Positions 1 through 13,381 are shown, numbered from the stretch's first letter. The stretch: DNA of 64,000 bases from Tricharina praecox (GCF_024521635.1 NW_026250424.1:558001-622000); one strand, 5' to 3'. Program-made: numbers and translations. The notes: generated by a model not told the origin, from the letters alone.

Positions 1-562
1 CCCGAGTACCTAGCAGGAGGAGGGAATCGCGTTTAGTACACGGGCTTGGCGGGAAACGTGGATACGCGTTTGAAATCGATTCGTCCGTCGCGAAGAAACA
101 GTTCATTGGTCGTCACTCGGCTTTGTGATCAAGGAGCATCGTCAAACTCCATTTCACCACTCATCCCGCCCCATTACCCATCTCGTACGACCTCGTCCCA
201 CCCCTGTCCAAATCCCGTCTATATCGATCGCATCCAAGAAAAATAATCCACAAATATCTCTCCGTTGACACCCACGCTCACTTCCAGGTATTCGCGGACA
301 CAAATGCCAAACAGAAACAGAGGATAATCCCATCTCGCCAAAATCCTCCCCCTACCCGCTCAGTCCCCTCCCCTCATGCGTTGCGTCGTCAAAAACATAA
401 CATGAAAACAACCGCTAATTCGCATTTCGTAGTAGAGTTAAGATGTGATGTTAAATGATGATATGTCGCGAAATTATATACCCGAAGAACTAACGAGAAA
501 GGCATCGAAAAGCAAAAGTTGCAACTAGTTGAATAGTCTATCAGTTTGTGGTGGTAGGGGGT

Positions 563-2180
563 TTATGCGGCGCGCTCCTTAGGGATGCCGTTGAGGACGC
601 CTCCGGGAGGGTCCTTGGGCGTGATGCGGAGACATTGGATACCGAGGTAGCCGCAGATCGAGTTGATCACGAGGAGTGCCCAACGAAAGTAGACGACCAC
701 AGCGAAAACGAGGTAGGCACGGAGATACCAGAGCTCGGCGGCGGCGGAAATAGCGGGCCTAATATCCCCGGGTCAGTAATTTATCCAGTTGGATGGGGAA
801 ACAGCCGGAGACCTACAGTCCGATGAACGGAAGATTAGCCAAGAGGGCACCACCCATGAGTGGGGCTAGGAGGATAGTCCAGTACGGGAAAGGCTGCTTG
901 GTCAAGTGGGCCAGAATGATCTTTGTGGTCATGCGTCCAAAGACGAAAGACAAGGTCAGACAGAACAGGACGAGGCGGTTGTCGGTAAGCAGCGAGGTGA
1001 ATGGCGACGCAAGCCACAGCCAGCAGGACGCAGAGAAAATGATGATGGGAGTCCACTCCAAGAAAACCGGGAGCACCGGCAGGTTCTGTCTCTTACGGGC
1101 CTGCGCAACGTTGTACACACAGGACGGCAGGTGCGCGATCATGAACGCGCTGACGAGAATGGGCACCCAGAGGTCGCGGAAGCTGTACTCGCCGAGGAGC
1201 GAGTGATCACCGATAGTGTCCTTGAGCTTCATGTCCCAGATCTCGGGGCCACAAACTCCAGAGATCACCATGAGGGTGCAGGCAATGATGAGTCCCTCTG
1301 GAGAGATGGTCAGAAACCGGTTCCCTTCGAATTCCACGGGGATAACATACCGGTAGGTCCGTTGAAGTATCCGAGGTAAAGCACATGCGTGTGATACGTC
1401 TCCCAGGTCGAGAAGAACATAGGCAAGCAAGGGATCAACGCCGTGAGGACTCCCGCTGGGCTAGTCCCCAATCCCATGCTAGCAGTCTCCAACAGACTCG
1501 CAAGAGTGCAGTTCAACGAATCGATTCCGTGGCTATCCTCTCGTCAGCATCACCGCGCACACCTTGGGGAAAGTAAACACCGACTCGAAAAGTTCACCCA
1601 ACGGCGAGCTCGAGCCCGTACGCCTAGCCTGCTTTCCGTCGATGTTGTCCATAGTGGAGTACGCCCACAGTCCGAACGCGAACGAATAGTAGAGCCACGG
1701 CGGACCCGGACCCACCAGGTCCGGCATCATTATCTCCAGACAGATGACATTGAACAGGATGAAGCCGAAGCCGACGAGCGTTACGGCATTGGGTGCTAAC
1801 CATCGTGGCAGCAGCTCGACCATGAAATTCCACTACAATCATATTCGTAAGTTTCAGCTCGGCGAGGATCGGACTGGGCTCCACGAACGTAATGTTTCAA
1901 GATGTGGTTCGAAATCAGCGACTTGTCGACGGACTGGTAGCGGTAGGTCTTGAGGTGGGCCAATTGGTCCTCGGCAAGGAAATCGCTCTTCTTGCTATCA
2001 TCTAGGTATCCTCCAAGCCATCGTGTTAGTTCCGAGCTTCACTTCCCAACATTCCCCCTACGGCCGTCGTGCTCATGGTGAAAAGGGGGCATTGTCGCGT
2101 GCAAACATACCGCGTATACTTTTGGGCGGCGGCACCGTCCGCGTGTCTACCCAGGTAGGGTTTGAAGTAACTGTCGACAT
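563..2180 (-). CDS. EPT1: sn-1,2-diacylglycerol ethanolamine/choline phosphotransferase (CDP-alcohol phosphatidyltransferase), multi-exon
   Basis: Spliced translation MSTVTS...[23 protein letters not shown]...[13 protein letters not shown]...[26 protein letters not shown] (CDP-alcohol phosphotransferase motif)...[15 protein letters not shown]...[15 protein letters not shown]; stop TAA at 563-565. EPT1 vs CPT1 cannot be resolved. Confidence 0.9.
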
Positions 2181-2743
2181 TATCGGACAGGAAAATGGAA
2201 TATCTGTTATACGGGATGTTGGACGATCGTGGGAATATTGTTGTTGGTGTTGGGGCGGGAAAAAAAGAAGACGGACGGGAACGTCGCGGCCGGGAAAGCA
2301 CAGGGGAGGGAAAGTCGGACAGGGAACCACACTCAAGTTTAGCCTCGCCGCGGTCGAGTCGAGTGAGCGAGTTCACTCCTGATCTCGGATCTGCCGCCTG
2401 CAGGGACCACGCAATTCGCCGCATACGCAACGCCGCTAGATACGCAGGCCACCGCAGCACAATCCAAGCACCCGCCGGCTGGATGAGCAGCATTCAAGGC
2501 GAGAAAGAAGGCAGAAGCGTTGGTGTGTTTCGCGCCAGTCGTTCTCACGTGTTCACAGCAAATGATTGGACGTGGAAACAGTGGCTGACGGCGCGGTTGG
2601 CAGGACGAAGAGATGAGATGAGCATCACTCACAAATGACGTTTATTGTACTCTAATAATCACTGTCACTGTCACACAAGATCAACGGTTCAGATCGTTTG
2701 TGAAGAATCTCCGGAACATAAAGTGCAGGCGCGCAAATAAACT

Positions 2744-3839
2744 CTACGAGCCAACGGAAGCCTTCCTCTTTCCTGTGAGCTCCACCACCTCCAGCTTGCC
2801 GGTCCCCAGCTCGACCAGGTGCACAGCATTCCCAATCTTGACCTTTATGCCAGACACATCCATCCGCAGCCTAGTGTTTTCCCCGTCACCACCTTCGAGA
2901 ACAATGGTACCATCTTTCATTCCGTGCGCGATCAGCTCGTCCGCAACTTTGCGTTTGTCCTCAGCACTGGGCTCCGTCAAGCTCCACGCGAGCGAAACGT
3001 GGAATCCATCCGTGGAGTTTCCGTTGGGGCCATATAGGCCTGGTTGGTTGAAGACGGCAAACGTGTGATTGGTGAGTTCCAGCAATCGGGCGAGCTGTAT
3101 CTCGTCTCGTCAGCACTATTTCCGGACGGGTGCGACGTGTCAGCTCGTACCTCGCTCTTCGGTCCTGCAGATGCCTTCAGCACCAGGAACCAGCGGGTGC
3201 GGTCCTGATTGCCAACCCATTCAAACCCATCGAAGACCACTGTAAACCTTGCCCCTCCATCAGCATCCATTGATATCGCTCCGCGCGTCCGAGAGAACGA
3301 AGCAACTCACGGCTTAACCCTCGCCTTGTGGTACCTCTCCGCCAGAGTCTCCAGGAACCCCTCCCTCTGCTCGGTCCGGAGAACGTTCGGCCTGCTGAGA
3401 CTCAAATGCAGCGGGAGCTCACTCCCCAGCTCACTTATGAGATGGCTCTCCAGCCGCCAGTCACCGCCCTCGCCCACTCCCTTCGCTCGCGTGTACGATT
3501 TATCCAGAGCATCGAATTCTATTCTCGTCAAATGCCCTCCAGATGTCACCATCAGCTTTTGTCTCCCAGCATCGCTGCGCACGTGACACACATACACTCG
3601 ATAAACACGTGCGTGGGCCAGTTTCCCTGCACATGGGGGATGGCCCGTTTCCGTCCGCCGTGGAGAGCGGGATCGTCGTCTTTGGCCATACGCGGCGGGA
3701 CCGCGTAGAGGTCGTGGAAGCGCGAGGGCAGCGGCGGGAGCCCGCTGTCGTTGGTCTTGCGGAGCTTCGCGGGGGGTTCGGCCTCGACGTCACTGGTGTC
3801 CGAATCCGAGTAGTCCACTAGGCGCTGCTTGGCTGCCAT
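2744..3839 (-). CDS. USB1: U6 snRNA phosphodiesterase Usb1/Mpn1 (2H phosphoesterase), 4 exons
   Basis: N-terminal [36 protein letters not shown], and two HxS motifs ([15 protein letters not shown]). Confidence 0.9.
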
Positions 3840-5266
3840 TATATCCACGGTTGGTGCGGTTGGAAGAGATATGGTGGTGATGGTGGATGCGCAGTTGCAT
3901 GCGATGTGGTTGAGTGTCGTTTCTATGGCTGTTGTTTCTTTATCGCGGGTTGTGGTCGCACCGATCTCTCTCGGCGTGTGTCTCTCGCTGTTCGAGTCCC
4001 AGGTGGGGGTGCCACTGTGCCAGCCATCGACTGCCGACGCCCGACGCCGGAGATAGGCCCGAAACTTGCATCAGTCTCGTCACATCTCAGGAACTACAAC
4101 CTCCTCCCCTAACCCTGGAGCACTTGCGAGTATCATATGTAGATGTGATTAGTATCTTCATGCCAGAATAGAGTACGTATATACCTCTTAGTTACTTGCC
4201 TAAATACCTTGCTTCATTCAATCTCACCTCACGCCTCATAGGCGAGACAATCCTTCTGGAAAAACGGGCCTTCCATGGTTCGTGTTCGTGTTCCTGGTTC
4301 CCGCATCACGACAAATTGTCCGGAGATAATCATAGCATCACCAATCAGGATTTTATTTTTGTTTAATCATCATTGCATTCGACCTTAGAGTACCGGTAGA
4401 TCATGGCAGATACTCACCGTACCATCCGTCTCACGCCGCTGTCACCGACCGCTGACCGCGAGTTCGATACGGATTCTCTATTATTGCTCTCCGCCCAGCT
4501 CTCAGCATAACCAATCAGGATTCGATGGTGCCTTGGTTTCAATCTGCCCTGCCCAGACGACTACGAATCAGCTCCCGTGTCTGAGCCACAAGCCACGTCC
4601 TCGCCTTGTCCGGACTCTGGACATTCCGACATGTGTAGAGACCTCAATCTATTTTTACGCAGTGCTCCGCCATTTGTCACCATGCTAGTTAGTTAGCACT
4701 TCAACACCAGCCCAACTGCCCAAGGCGGTCCGTCGCGGCAGCAGAGTTATTCCGGTGCGGTGGTGACGTGGTGTCCGATAGCGTGCCTTCCTAGTGCACT
4801 TCCGACCCGCCCGATGATCCGGGACCAAGAGTGCAGTCCAAGACTGACCTCTGCGTGACGAACACCCGGCGATCCTCCGCCCAGCAGCCCGCAGCCCAGT
4901 CCCTGCTTTCCATGGACGCCAGAGGTACGCAAAGCAAGCAGGGTCCTATGAACCGCCCCTCCTCCTCCGCGAGTCCTCCTCCACCTGTGCAGGAAACAAC
5001 TGCATACCCACCCACCACACCCACTCGTATTCTTATCCACCCCTCCATACGTATACCAAGAAACCCAGACCGTCAGCCATACCTACGGCCAGTTTAAATA
5101 TCCGCACGCCACCCACCATGGTCCATGTCTTCTTCCCTCTCGTTCTCACGGCTACATACGCAATATACGCAACCATAAGGATCATTAGAGTATTTGACCG
5201 GTATTACGGATAGTCTCCCCCCACACACATATATATATACACACACACACACACCATATATACAGA

Positions 5267-6145
5267 ATGTCTACATACACGCCTTCGAGTGCGAGTTCGT
5301 CGTTAGGATCACGGGTACTCACTCCCCTTCCTCCTCCCCTCCTCATCCTCAAGCTAACCCGTCCCCAGAACCCCTTCCTCACCGCCCCCGAAAACACGCC
5401 CAGCCGGTCCCGGTCCCAGCGTGTGCCACGGTCGTCGCGGCCCTCCTCCACGCCGCGTCGACACTCCTCGCCGCATCGGCACCGGCGCAAGATCTCGCAA
5501 ATCCCGGGGCCAGACCCAATCGACCGGTTGGGGGCAATCGGCGGCGCGTATCACCACGACGGGCCATTCGAGGCGACACTGTTCGCGCGGCAGCAGGTGA
5601 AGCACGCGCCTATTGAGGCAGTGAAGTATACCAACGCTGCGGCGCTCGCGGCAACCCCCAAGGCTAGCATTCAGGACTCCCTCGAGGGCCATTATCCACT
5701 CCAGGGTACCGCGATGTATAGGCCCGGCGAGGGAGGACTGGGCGATTATGAGGAGTATGATGTCAACGTCCGCGATGGGAAGTGGGGCAGGTGGGATCAT
5801 ATGGTTCGTCACCCCATGTCCAGATTTTTTTAGATATATAATAGACTAACATCCCTCCAGTACTACAGAGACGAAGACCGCCGTGCAAAGGGCGAGCCGG
5901 GATACACCGTTGGGGAATTTGAGAAGCAGCAGAAGGCGGCGCGGCGTGCTCGTTCAGCAAGCAGCGGCGGCAGGCCCAACGAGTTCGAGATGCGACGGTC
6001 CGCCGGTAATACGCACGCGGCGAAAGACAGGAGCAGCGAGCGTGTGCGTGACGTGGGCTATGGCGATTACTACAGCTCCGGGTCCACGTCGAAGATGGAC
6101 GGTTTGAAGAAGCGGGTCAAGGCTGCGTTGAGCACGCGGACGTAA
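5267..6145 (+). CDS. PAL1: Pal1-family cell morphology/endocytic protein, 2 exons
   Basis: PDPIDRLG..GGAYHHDGPFEATL...APIEAV Pal1 motif and NPF motif; intron ~5804-5860; exon 2 ends GLKKRVKAALSTRT*. The start codon is uncertain. Confidence 0.75.
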
Positions 6146-6387
6146 TTACCTAGAGGCGTTTTGGTCGGTTTTTTGGGAGCGGGAGCGGGCGTGGATGGGT
6201 GGGCACTGGGTGGGATGCGGATTGTACGATACGATGCTATGTTTTTTGTACCATATATAGAAGAACAAGAGCTGGATGAACGGGATAGATACATGAGATG
6301 GGATAGAAATATATGATATTACACACACACACACACTTACTTCATACATACAAACCCGCCCTCCCGTGCCCCTCTATAGTCCATAGT

Positions 6388-7022
6388 CTATACAATCATC
6401 TTCTGCCCCCCCTCCTCCCCCTCCGCCACCGCCTCGTCAGGCGGCAACAACTCGATATCGCCATTATCCAGCATGCGTGCCCTCTTCAGCACCTCACCGT
6501 TCCCGGCCTCCTTAAGAATATCCTCCAGCGTCCTCTGCTGCTCACCAAAAATCTATTCCCACAGTTAGCCAGCCGCTTCTCCAACCCAATTTCACCCAGC
6601 CCCACCCCCTCCTAATTTGGCTCCCGGTCCCAGTCTGAAAAACCCACCTTAAGATGATCAGTAATAACATGCCGATTCTTGCACCCGGGACACTGCACGA
6701 GCACCGAGCCGCGATGGTACGCCTGCTTCGACACCGCGTGCGTGCTGCGCGTCCGGCACGGGCGGCACGTGAACGTCAGCTGGTAGCTTGGTGGGGCTTC
6801 TTTGGGAGTTTCCGTTTCCGTTTCCGTTTCCGTGGATGTTTCCGTGGATGTAGGCGAGGGCGAGGGTGTGGGTGTAGTGGCGGCGGTGCTCGCGGTGCTG
6901 TTCCAGCGCGGGAGGGAGGCGAGGATCCGTGGTGCCGGTGGGATGGGCGCGATGAGGGGGCGGCCGGCGGAGGCGAGGAGGGTGCGCCGCAGGGCGCGCG
7001 GGAGGACGAGGCGGAGGGACAT
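6388..7022 (-). CDS. ZIM17: Mitochondrial DNL-type zinc finger chaperone Zim17/Tim15/Hep1, 2 exons
   Basis: Arg-rich presequence; YQLTFTCRPC..RSTH.VSKQAYHRGSVLVQCPGCKNRHVITDHLK spliced to IFGEQQRTLEDIL. Confidence 0.93.
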
Positions 7023-7439
7023 TACTTGTGCTTATTGGTGAGGGTGGAGGGGAGTAAAGATGCAGGTACGAGACGTCATTGAGGCGGTGGGTGGCTAGGT
7101 AGGATATAGGTCTTTACAGCAAGTGGCTTGGCGGGACGAGAGCTCGAGTTACATAGAAGGTAGTAGAAACATCAATTTGTGAGGAAGAACAGCAAAGAAG
7201 CGCTATGTGCAAGACAGAAAAGAAAACAAATACAAAAGTACAAAAGAATGCAGTGCGAAAACATGTAGTGTAGGTAACATCTCCTCTCCTCCCCGTCGTT
7301 CCCACTGATCCAGCCCGCAGTTAACGCCTTATCCAGTGAAAGTGTAATAATGAAACAATGAAACAATGAAACAGAAACTCCTGCCCTGCGATGCCTAGCA
7401 AGTGAAATGAAACGAAATGACGGCCACCACAGGCGCTAT

Positions 7440-8195
7440 CTATGCTCTGCTTCGGTGGGATTGGCAGCGTTTTTGCGTCGCAGTAGAGCCAATGGTTGAT
7501 GATGATCCGGACGACCCGGACGATTTGGAAGATGAAGAGGATGAGGTGCCTTTGACTCTCTTCGGTCTGGGTGTGATGATAGGTGAGGAGGGGCAGTCGA
7601 AGGTGGCGATGGGCTTTCCAAGGGTGACGCGGTGGCGACGTTTTTTCCCTGTGGGAGGAAGCGGAGGAGCAACAGAGCTCGGAGTGTGGGGTAAAGAGGT
7701 CTGCGAGGATTTCGTGGGGGTCCCCCAATCTTGAGATGACAGAAAAGCATCATCCCCCGCGTCGTAGGGCTTGATGGCGGAAGAGGCATTCGGGGTAGTG
7801 AGAACGCCGATAGCAGCGCGGCGAGTGCGAGGTCTGAGGCGGCGGACGGGTGTTTCCTCCGGTCTAGCCGGGGGTTTTAACAGCGGCCGTGGCCGTGGCC
7901 GGGACCCGAAATTGGGCCCAGCAAGCGGCCCGCGACTAAGCCGGTACCGGAGCCTGTTGACATCGAGGACATCTCCGACGCGTGGTGTTGTGTGAGGGAT
8001 CAGATCTTGCCCCTTGGATGCCCGCTTCAAACAGCTCGGGCAGTACCCAGGGGCTTTTGGCATGACGAAGTCGAGCTTTTTCAAGTTCGCCTTCGCATGC
8101 TCTCTGCAGGTATCTGCGTCCTTGCAGGTCTCGAGAGGAGGTGCTAGCCCGCGGTGGCAGCACAGATCGTAGATGCAAGCTTTGAGCTCACACAT
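7440..8195 (-). CDS. Hypothetical protein (~251 aa) with N-terminal Cys/His motif and Ser/Pro/Arg-rich tail
   Basis: Open frame from MCELKACIYDLCCH...C...C...CPSC; ATG in GCCGCCATG context; no recognisable family. Confidence 0.55.
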   Translation of the reverse strand: MCELKACIYDLCCHRGLAPPLETCKDADTCREHAKANLKKLDFVMPKAPGYCPSCLKRASKGQDLIPHTTPRVGDVLDVNRLRYRLSRGPLAGPNFGSRPRPRPLLKPPARPEETPVRRLRPRTRRAAIGVLTTPNASSAIKPYDAGDDAFLSSQDWGTPTKSSQTSLPHTPSSVAPPLPPTGKKRRHRVTLGKPIATFDCPSSPIITPRPKRVKGTSSSSSSKSSGSSGSSSTIGSTATQKRCQSHRSRA

Positions 8196-8744
8196 GGCGG
8201 CGTCGGTTTGGAGATCGCAGGCCGAGGGCAAGGTTGGATGAGAGGGGGTGGAGGGTCAGCTGAGAGTGAAGACCCGGTTCGTTATCTTTGTACTGGCGGT
8301 CAAGGGACTCTTTGTGTGCATAGCTTCTGGGGCATCTTCCGGAAGAATAGGAGGGAATTCAGCGGATTCGGGCGACGAGCATGAGCGGTTCTGGACTTGT
8401 GCGTAGAAGGCAGCTGTTCATTATTGCGCTGGACAGCAATAGAACATGTTGCTTGGTGGGTGGAGTCAGCGTAGGTAGGTTCGATTGGAGTGGGGGGGTG
8501 GTGGGTGGTGATGAATAGGGAGGACAACTGTTGAAAGTGCCATGTGAGGGGGGTTGGAGCATTGTTATTGTTTGGTTGCTGGGGAGACGGTCGGCCCAGG
8601 CGGATGATGACGGTGACGACTATCACGCTACGTCCAAACGGGCAGAAGATGTGCGGCTAGGCAAGACAACCAACAGGGTCTCACTCCATGTTCCAACCTC
8701 ACCATGCGACACCTCACTCTGTGACTTTGAACAGGACAACAATA

Positions 8745-9572
8745 TATGCGACAAAAATTTGGTGTTACCCCTCTCGATAGGACAACAACTATAGTACCCC
8801 CCCCAATGGAGCTGGCAGGAAAGGATGTGTGCGCAGTCGCCATAGTCTACAGACTAGTATGCACAGTAAGGCCGTATGCGACTATAAATTGATGTAAATA
8901 CTCTCTCCCTCTCATGTGTAGGACAACAAGTCGCCGTAGTCTGTTACTAGTACCTAGACAAGCCGTATGTAGAGTATGCGGCAATAAATTGATGTTCTCT
9001 CCCCCCACAGGAAAACAAGTCACTCTCTCGGATTGCTACGAAAAAGTAAAACTACCAGCAGCCCGATTGCTCGCTTCGATAGCTCTCACAGTATGAACAA
9101 TCTTTCGCAGAAGCTCCACAAGGTATCACTCGACCGGGCCGACCAAAGCGGGACGACGCAGAAAAAGTAGGTGGGGAAATACCTAACGCAATAAACGATT
9201 AAACGGAAAGCAAGAAAAGAACTACATAGGACAATACCGGCGGAGCTGGCAGCAATGGTGGGGTTTGTGATCGCCGTGGTCTGGTAACTAAGGCCGTATG
9301 CGACAGTAAATGGGTGTTCTCTCTCTGGGGCAACACCGGGTAGGGGGCTTTGCGTGCGCGGAGGGTGCGGATAAACAGTTATCATGGGTTTCCTTTGTAA
9401 AAACTGGTTGGTAGGCAGCGGCGCAGCAACGGGCTGTGGTTATAGAGCATTCTCTCGACCCCACGGAGCTGGCAGGAATGGTCAGGTTTGTGGTCGCCAT
9501 CGTCTAGTAACTGAGGCCGTATGCGACAGCGAATTGGTGTTCTCTCTCTCCAGGGCAACGCCGGGTAGGGGC
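8745..9572. repeat. Degenerate ~105-120 bp direct repeat, 3 near-full and 2 partial copies
   Basis: Core GGAGCTGGCAG...TCGCC...GGCCGTATGCGAC...TGTTCTCTCTC..CAAC at ~8808, ~9242 and ~9465; partial cores at ~8745 and ~8975. Confidence 0.7.
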
Positions 9573-10153
9573 CACCCGTTTAAATCAAGTTGATGGAAGT
9601 TTCTCAGCAAATTCGGCGTGCCTTTTGCAAATTATCGCAAAAGAGGTCCTTGAAAGTGGAGCTAGATTTGGCCCTTGTCTCGAGCTCTGAGATGGAAGTG
9701 GTGATGAGTGTATCGTGTTTTCTTGGCCTTTTGGTGGTGATGGAATTCTCCGCGATGATTAGTATCGTAGAGGCTCGACGAAGAATCCAGTCCTCCTTCG
9801 GCACCATGAAACAGCGTGGGATTGAGGTTCTCGGGGTTGCGACCCATAGAAGCCGTAACTAGCTCGACCTGGCGGTTGATATATAGAAGGGACGCTCCGA
9901 CATCGAGAGCCTCGCTTACTAAGTCGCTAGTTGCTCTTGGCGCACAGAATCTCTGGCGCGTGGGTTTGGCTTTGTTGGTGTTGACTTCTTCGATTCGCGT
10001 CTGCCCTCCATCTGTCTCCTTCGAGTCGGTCAACTCCCCCTCAACCCCCTCCAACAACCATAAACCCTTCTTCCTCACACCCAGCTCTCGAATCAATCAA
10101 CAACACAACGGTAACAACAACAACTACCCCCACTCTCCTCACACGCCTCAACT

Positions 10154-11447
10154 ATGTCGCTCTTCGGAGGAGGAGCAGCAGCGACAAGCGCGGCCACACA
10201 GGCTGCGCAGGCCCAAGGTGACACCTCGAACGATATCCCCCTGCAGTCGCCGCCGGAGGACAGCATCTCCGACATCTCGTTTTCGCCCATGTCGGAGCAC
10301 CTCGCGGTCGCAAGTTGGGACAAGAAAGTGCGCATCTATGAGATTGCTGCGGATGGGAGCTCGGTTGGAAAGGCGATGTTCGACCACGACGGCCCTGTTC
10401 TGTCGGTGACCTGGTCGAAGGCATGTGTCTCCCCTTTCTCTAGGTTGCGTCGCACGCACTCGCCGCGGAACCGCTTTGCTAACTCATCGGACGTATAGGA
10501 TGGAACAAAGGTTGTCTCGGGAGGCGCCGACAAGCAGGCAAAGCTATTCGACGTCGCGACCGGCCAGTCGACGCAGGTGGCAGCTCACGATCAGCCGATA
10601 AAGTGTGTTCGGATGATCTCGATGCCCAACGCCTCGGAGATGCTGGTGACGGGCTCTTGGGACAAGAAACTCAAGTACTGGGATCTAAGGACGCCAAACC
10701 CCGTCGCTGAGATCGCCATGCAGGACCGAGTTTACACTTTGGATGTCGCCCAGGGTCTGATGGTCGTTGGAACGGCTGAGCGATACATCAACATAATCAA
10801 TCTTGCCAACCCGACCTCCATCTTCAAGACGATGCAGAGTCCCCTGAAGTGGCAGACCCGGGTTATTAGTTGTTTCCCGGACGCCTCTGGTTTCGCTGTC
10901 GGCAGTATCGAAGGACGATGTGCTATTCAGTATGTCGATGACAAGAACTCCGGGTATGTGTCATCGATGCGGACGGCCAGCTGGCTGGCTTGATATGATG
11001 GTGACTAACTGCAATGATTGCGTGCAGCATGAACTTCTCCTTTAAATGTCACCGCGAGAATCCTACTGGAACCACGTCCACCACGAACGTCTACAGCGTA
11101 AACGCAATCTCTTTCCATCCGACCTATGGAACCTTCTCCACTGCAGGTTCCGACGGAACCTTTCACTTCTGGTCCGAAAACCCCGTCTGTTCTTATTCAC
11201 ATGTGGCCTCCTACTGACATCTCACAGGGACAAGGACGCCAAGCACCGTCTCAAGGGCTACCCCTCTGTTGGCGGAACGATCCCCACCACGGCGTTCAAC
11301 CGGAACGGCTCGATCTTTGCGTACGCAGTGTCGTATGACTGGTCCAAAGGCCACTCGGGCAACAGCCCAAGTTATCCCAACAAGGTCATGCTGCACCCCA
11401 TCAAAGAGGACGAAGCGAAGCCTCGGCCTGCAGCGAAAAAGCGGTAG
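10154..11447 (+). CDS. RAE1: mRNA export factor / nucleoporin Rae1 (Gle2), WD40, 4 exons
   Basis: [80 protein letters not shown]. Confidence 0.96.
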
Positions 11448-11968
11448 GCACGCTAGTACATTGTAAGGATGGGGGGACAACGTGGAGGTCACAGTGTGTG
11501 TGCGTAATTCGAGTCGTTTTGTCGGGGCGTTTGTACTTCTAGCATCATGCTTTGTGGAATGGAAATATCTCAATCACAGCTGCTATTGAGCTAGAGATGG
11601 AGGTTGTGAAAAGCTTAATGTAACGGCCTTGCAACTGTGAGCACATTTGTATAGGTATGTAGGACCGAGGTAGATGTTCCTTAGACCGGATAGCGGATCA
11701 AATGTAGAACTAATTCGCACGCGCGCGTGTCTCGCGTCTCTCCGGCACGAGCCCACGAGCCCACTTGCGCTTTGCACTACTGGTGCAAGGATCGCGAGGC
11801 CGGTTGGCTGCTAGTTATGTAGTAGATACAGTACCTGGGGTTGAGCCTCAAAGCTATGTCGTGTGTACTACTACACACAGCTCTGCTTTGAACCACCCCA
11901 CTACACCCCACACGAGCACAATCTCCTCACAAATCACCACCCAAACCCCCACAACCACAACTATCAAA

Positions 11969-13381
11969 ATGCCGTTCGCAGAAGGTCCCAGATGGTCAGT
12001 AAACACATCCGCTCTCGCCTGCTCGATGAACGCGCCTGCTAACACTGTCCAGGCGGGATTTGGAACGCATTCGGAACCGCCACGGGCCCTTATGTGGCGA
12101 TGACTACGCTCCCGAAATGCAGAAGGAGGTGCTTCTCGCCGATAGCAAGATTCTGTATGTCCCCGTCCCATCCCCTCCCGTCTTTGCGGTCCCCAGACTC
12201 AGACTTGGTTACTGACTGAGTGGATATCAGGGTAATGTAGGCGCACCTCGAACACTGCATTGCGAACGGAGGACGGCATACTGAGCGGATGTCGTGAAGC
12301 GGCGCTGGGGGTTTAGGCTGCGAGATCCTGAAGAATCTGGCTCTGTCGGGGTTCACGGATATTCATGTCATCGATATGGGTGGGTGGTTCACTGGATGGG
12401 GTGGAATGGGGGAGATTGGTGGGGCCGGAGCGCTGACGCTTCCCGAAAGATATTATTGACGTCTCCAATCTCAACCGGCAATTCCTCTTCCGCGCATCGG
12501 ACGTCGGGCATCCCAAGGCAGAGGTAGCCGCACGCTTCATCATGCGGCGCGTGCCCGGGTGCGTGATCACCCCCTACTACGGGGCGATCCAGGACAAGGA
12601 CGAGAGCTACTACATGCAATTCCGGCTTGTGATCTGCGGGCTGGACAGCGTGGAAGCACGGCGGTGGATCAACGCAACGCTGGTGGATATGGTGGATCCG
12701 GCGAACGACGAGTCGCTGAAGCCGCTGATCGATGGCGGGACTGAGGGCTTCAAGGGACAATCGAGAGTCATACTGCCAACGATTAGCAGTTGCTACGAGT
12801 GCTCGCTGGATATGCTCACCCCGCAGACGGCAGTGCCAATCTGCACGCTTGCGTCGATCCCGAGACAGCCGGCGCATTGCATCGAGTGGGCGAGCATTCT
12901 GGAGTGGCCGAGGGTTTTCGGCGGTACGCCTCCATCACCCGCCCCCTCTTCCCGGTCCCATTTGCTAAACACCCATAGACAAGAAAATGGATACCGACAA
13001 CCCGGAGCACATCCAATGGCTCTTCCAGACGGCGCTCACGCGCGCGGCGGAATTCAACATAACCGGCGTGACCTACAGTCTGACGCAAGGCGTAGTCAAA
13101 AACATCATCCCGGCGATCGCCAGCACCAACGCGATTATTGCCGCCTCCTGCTGCAACGAGGCCCTCAAGATCCTGACCGCTATGAACCCCTACCTCGAGA
13201 ACTACATGATGTACACCGGCGACGAGGGCGTGTACACCCACACCTTCCTGCACGAGAAGAAGGACGGCTGTCCCGTGTGTGGCCAGATGGCGATCGATTT
13301 CGAGCTCGATCCTGAGATCACTCTGGAAACTTTCATGGAGCTGCTGAAGGAGCGGCCCGATGTGTATGGCGCCCCCATTTC

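Noticed and set aside
4831..5097. Possible upstream coding exon for PAL1
   Set aside because: No splice combination found that joins it in frame to the 5267 ORF
8745..9572. CRISPR-like repeat-spacer interpretation
   Set aside because: Eukaryotic context, long degenerate units, irregular spacing and no cas genes
9590..10100. Overlapping ORFs upstream of RAE1
   Set aside because: No recognisable motifs or consistent exon structure
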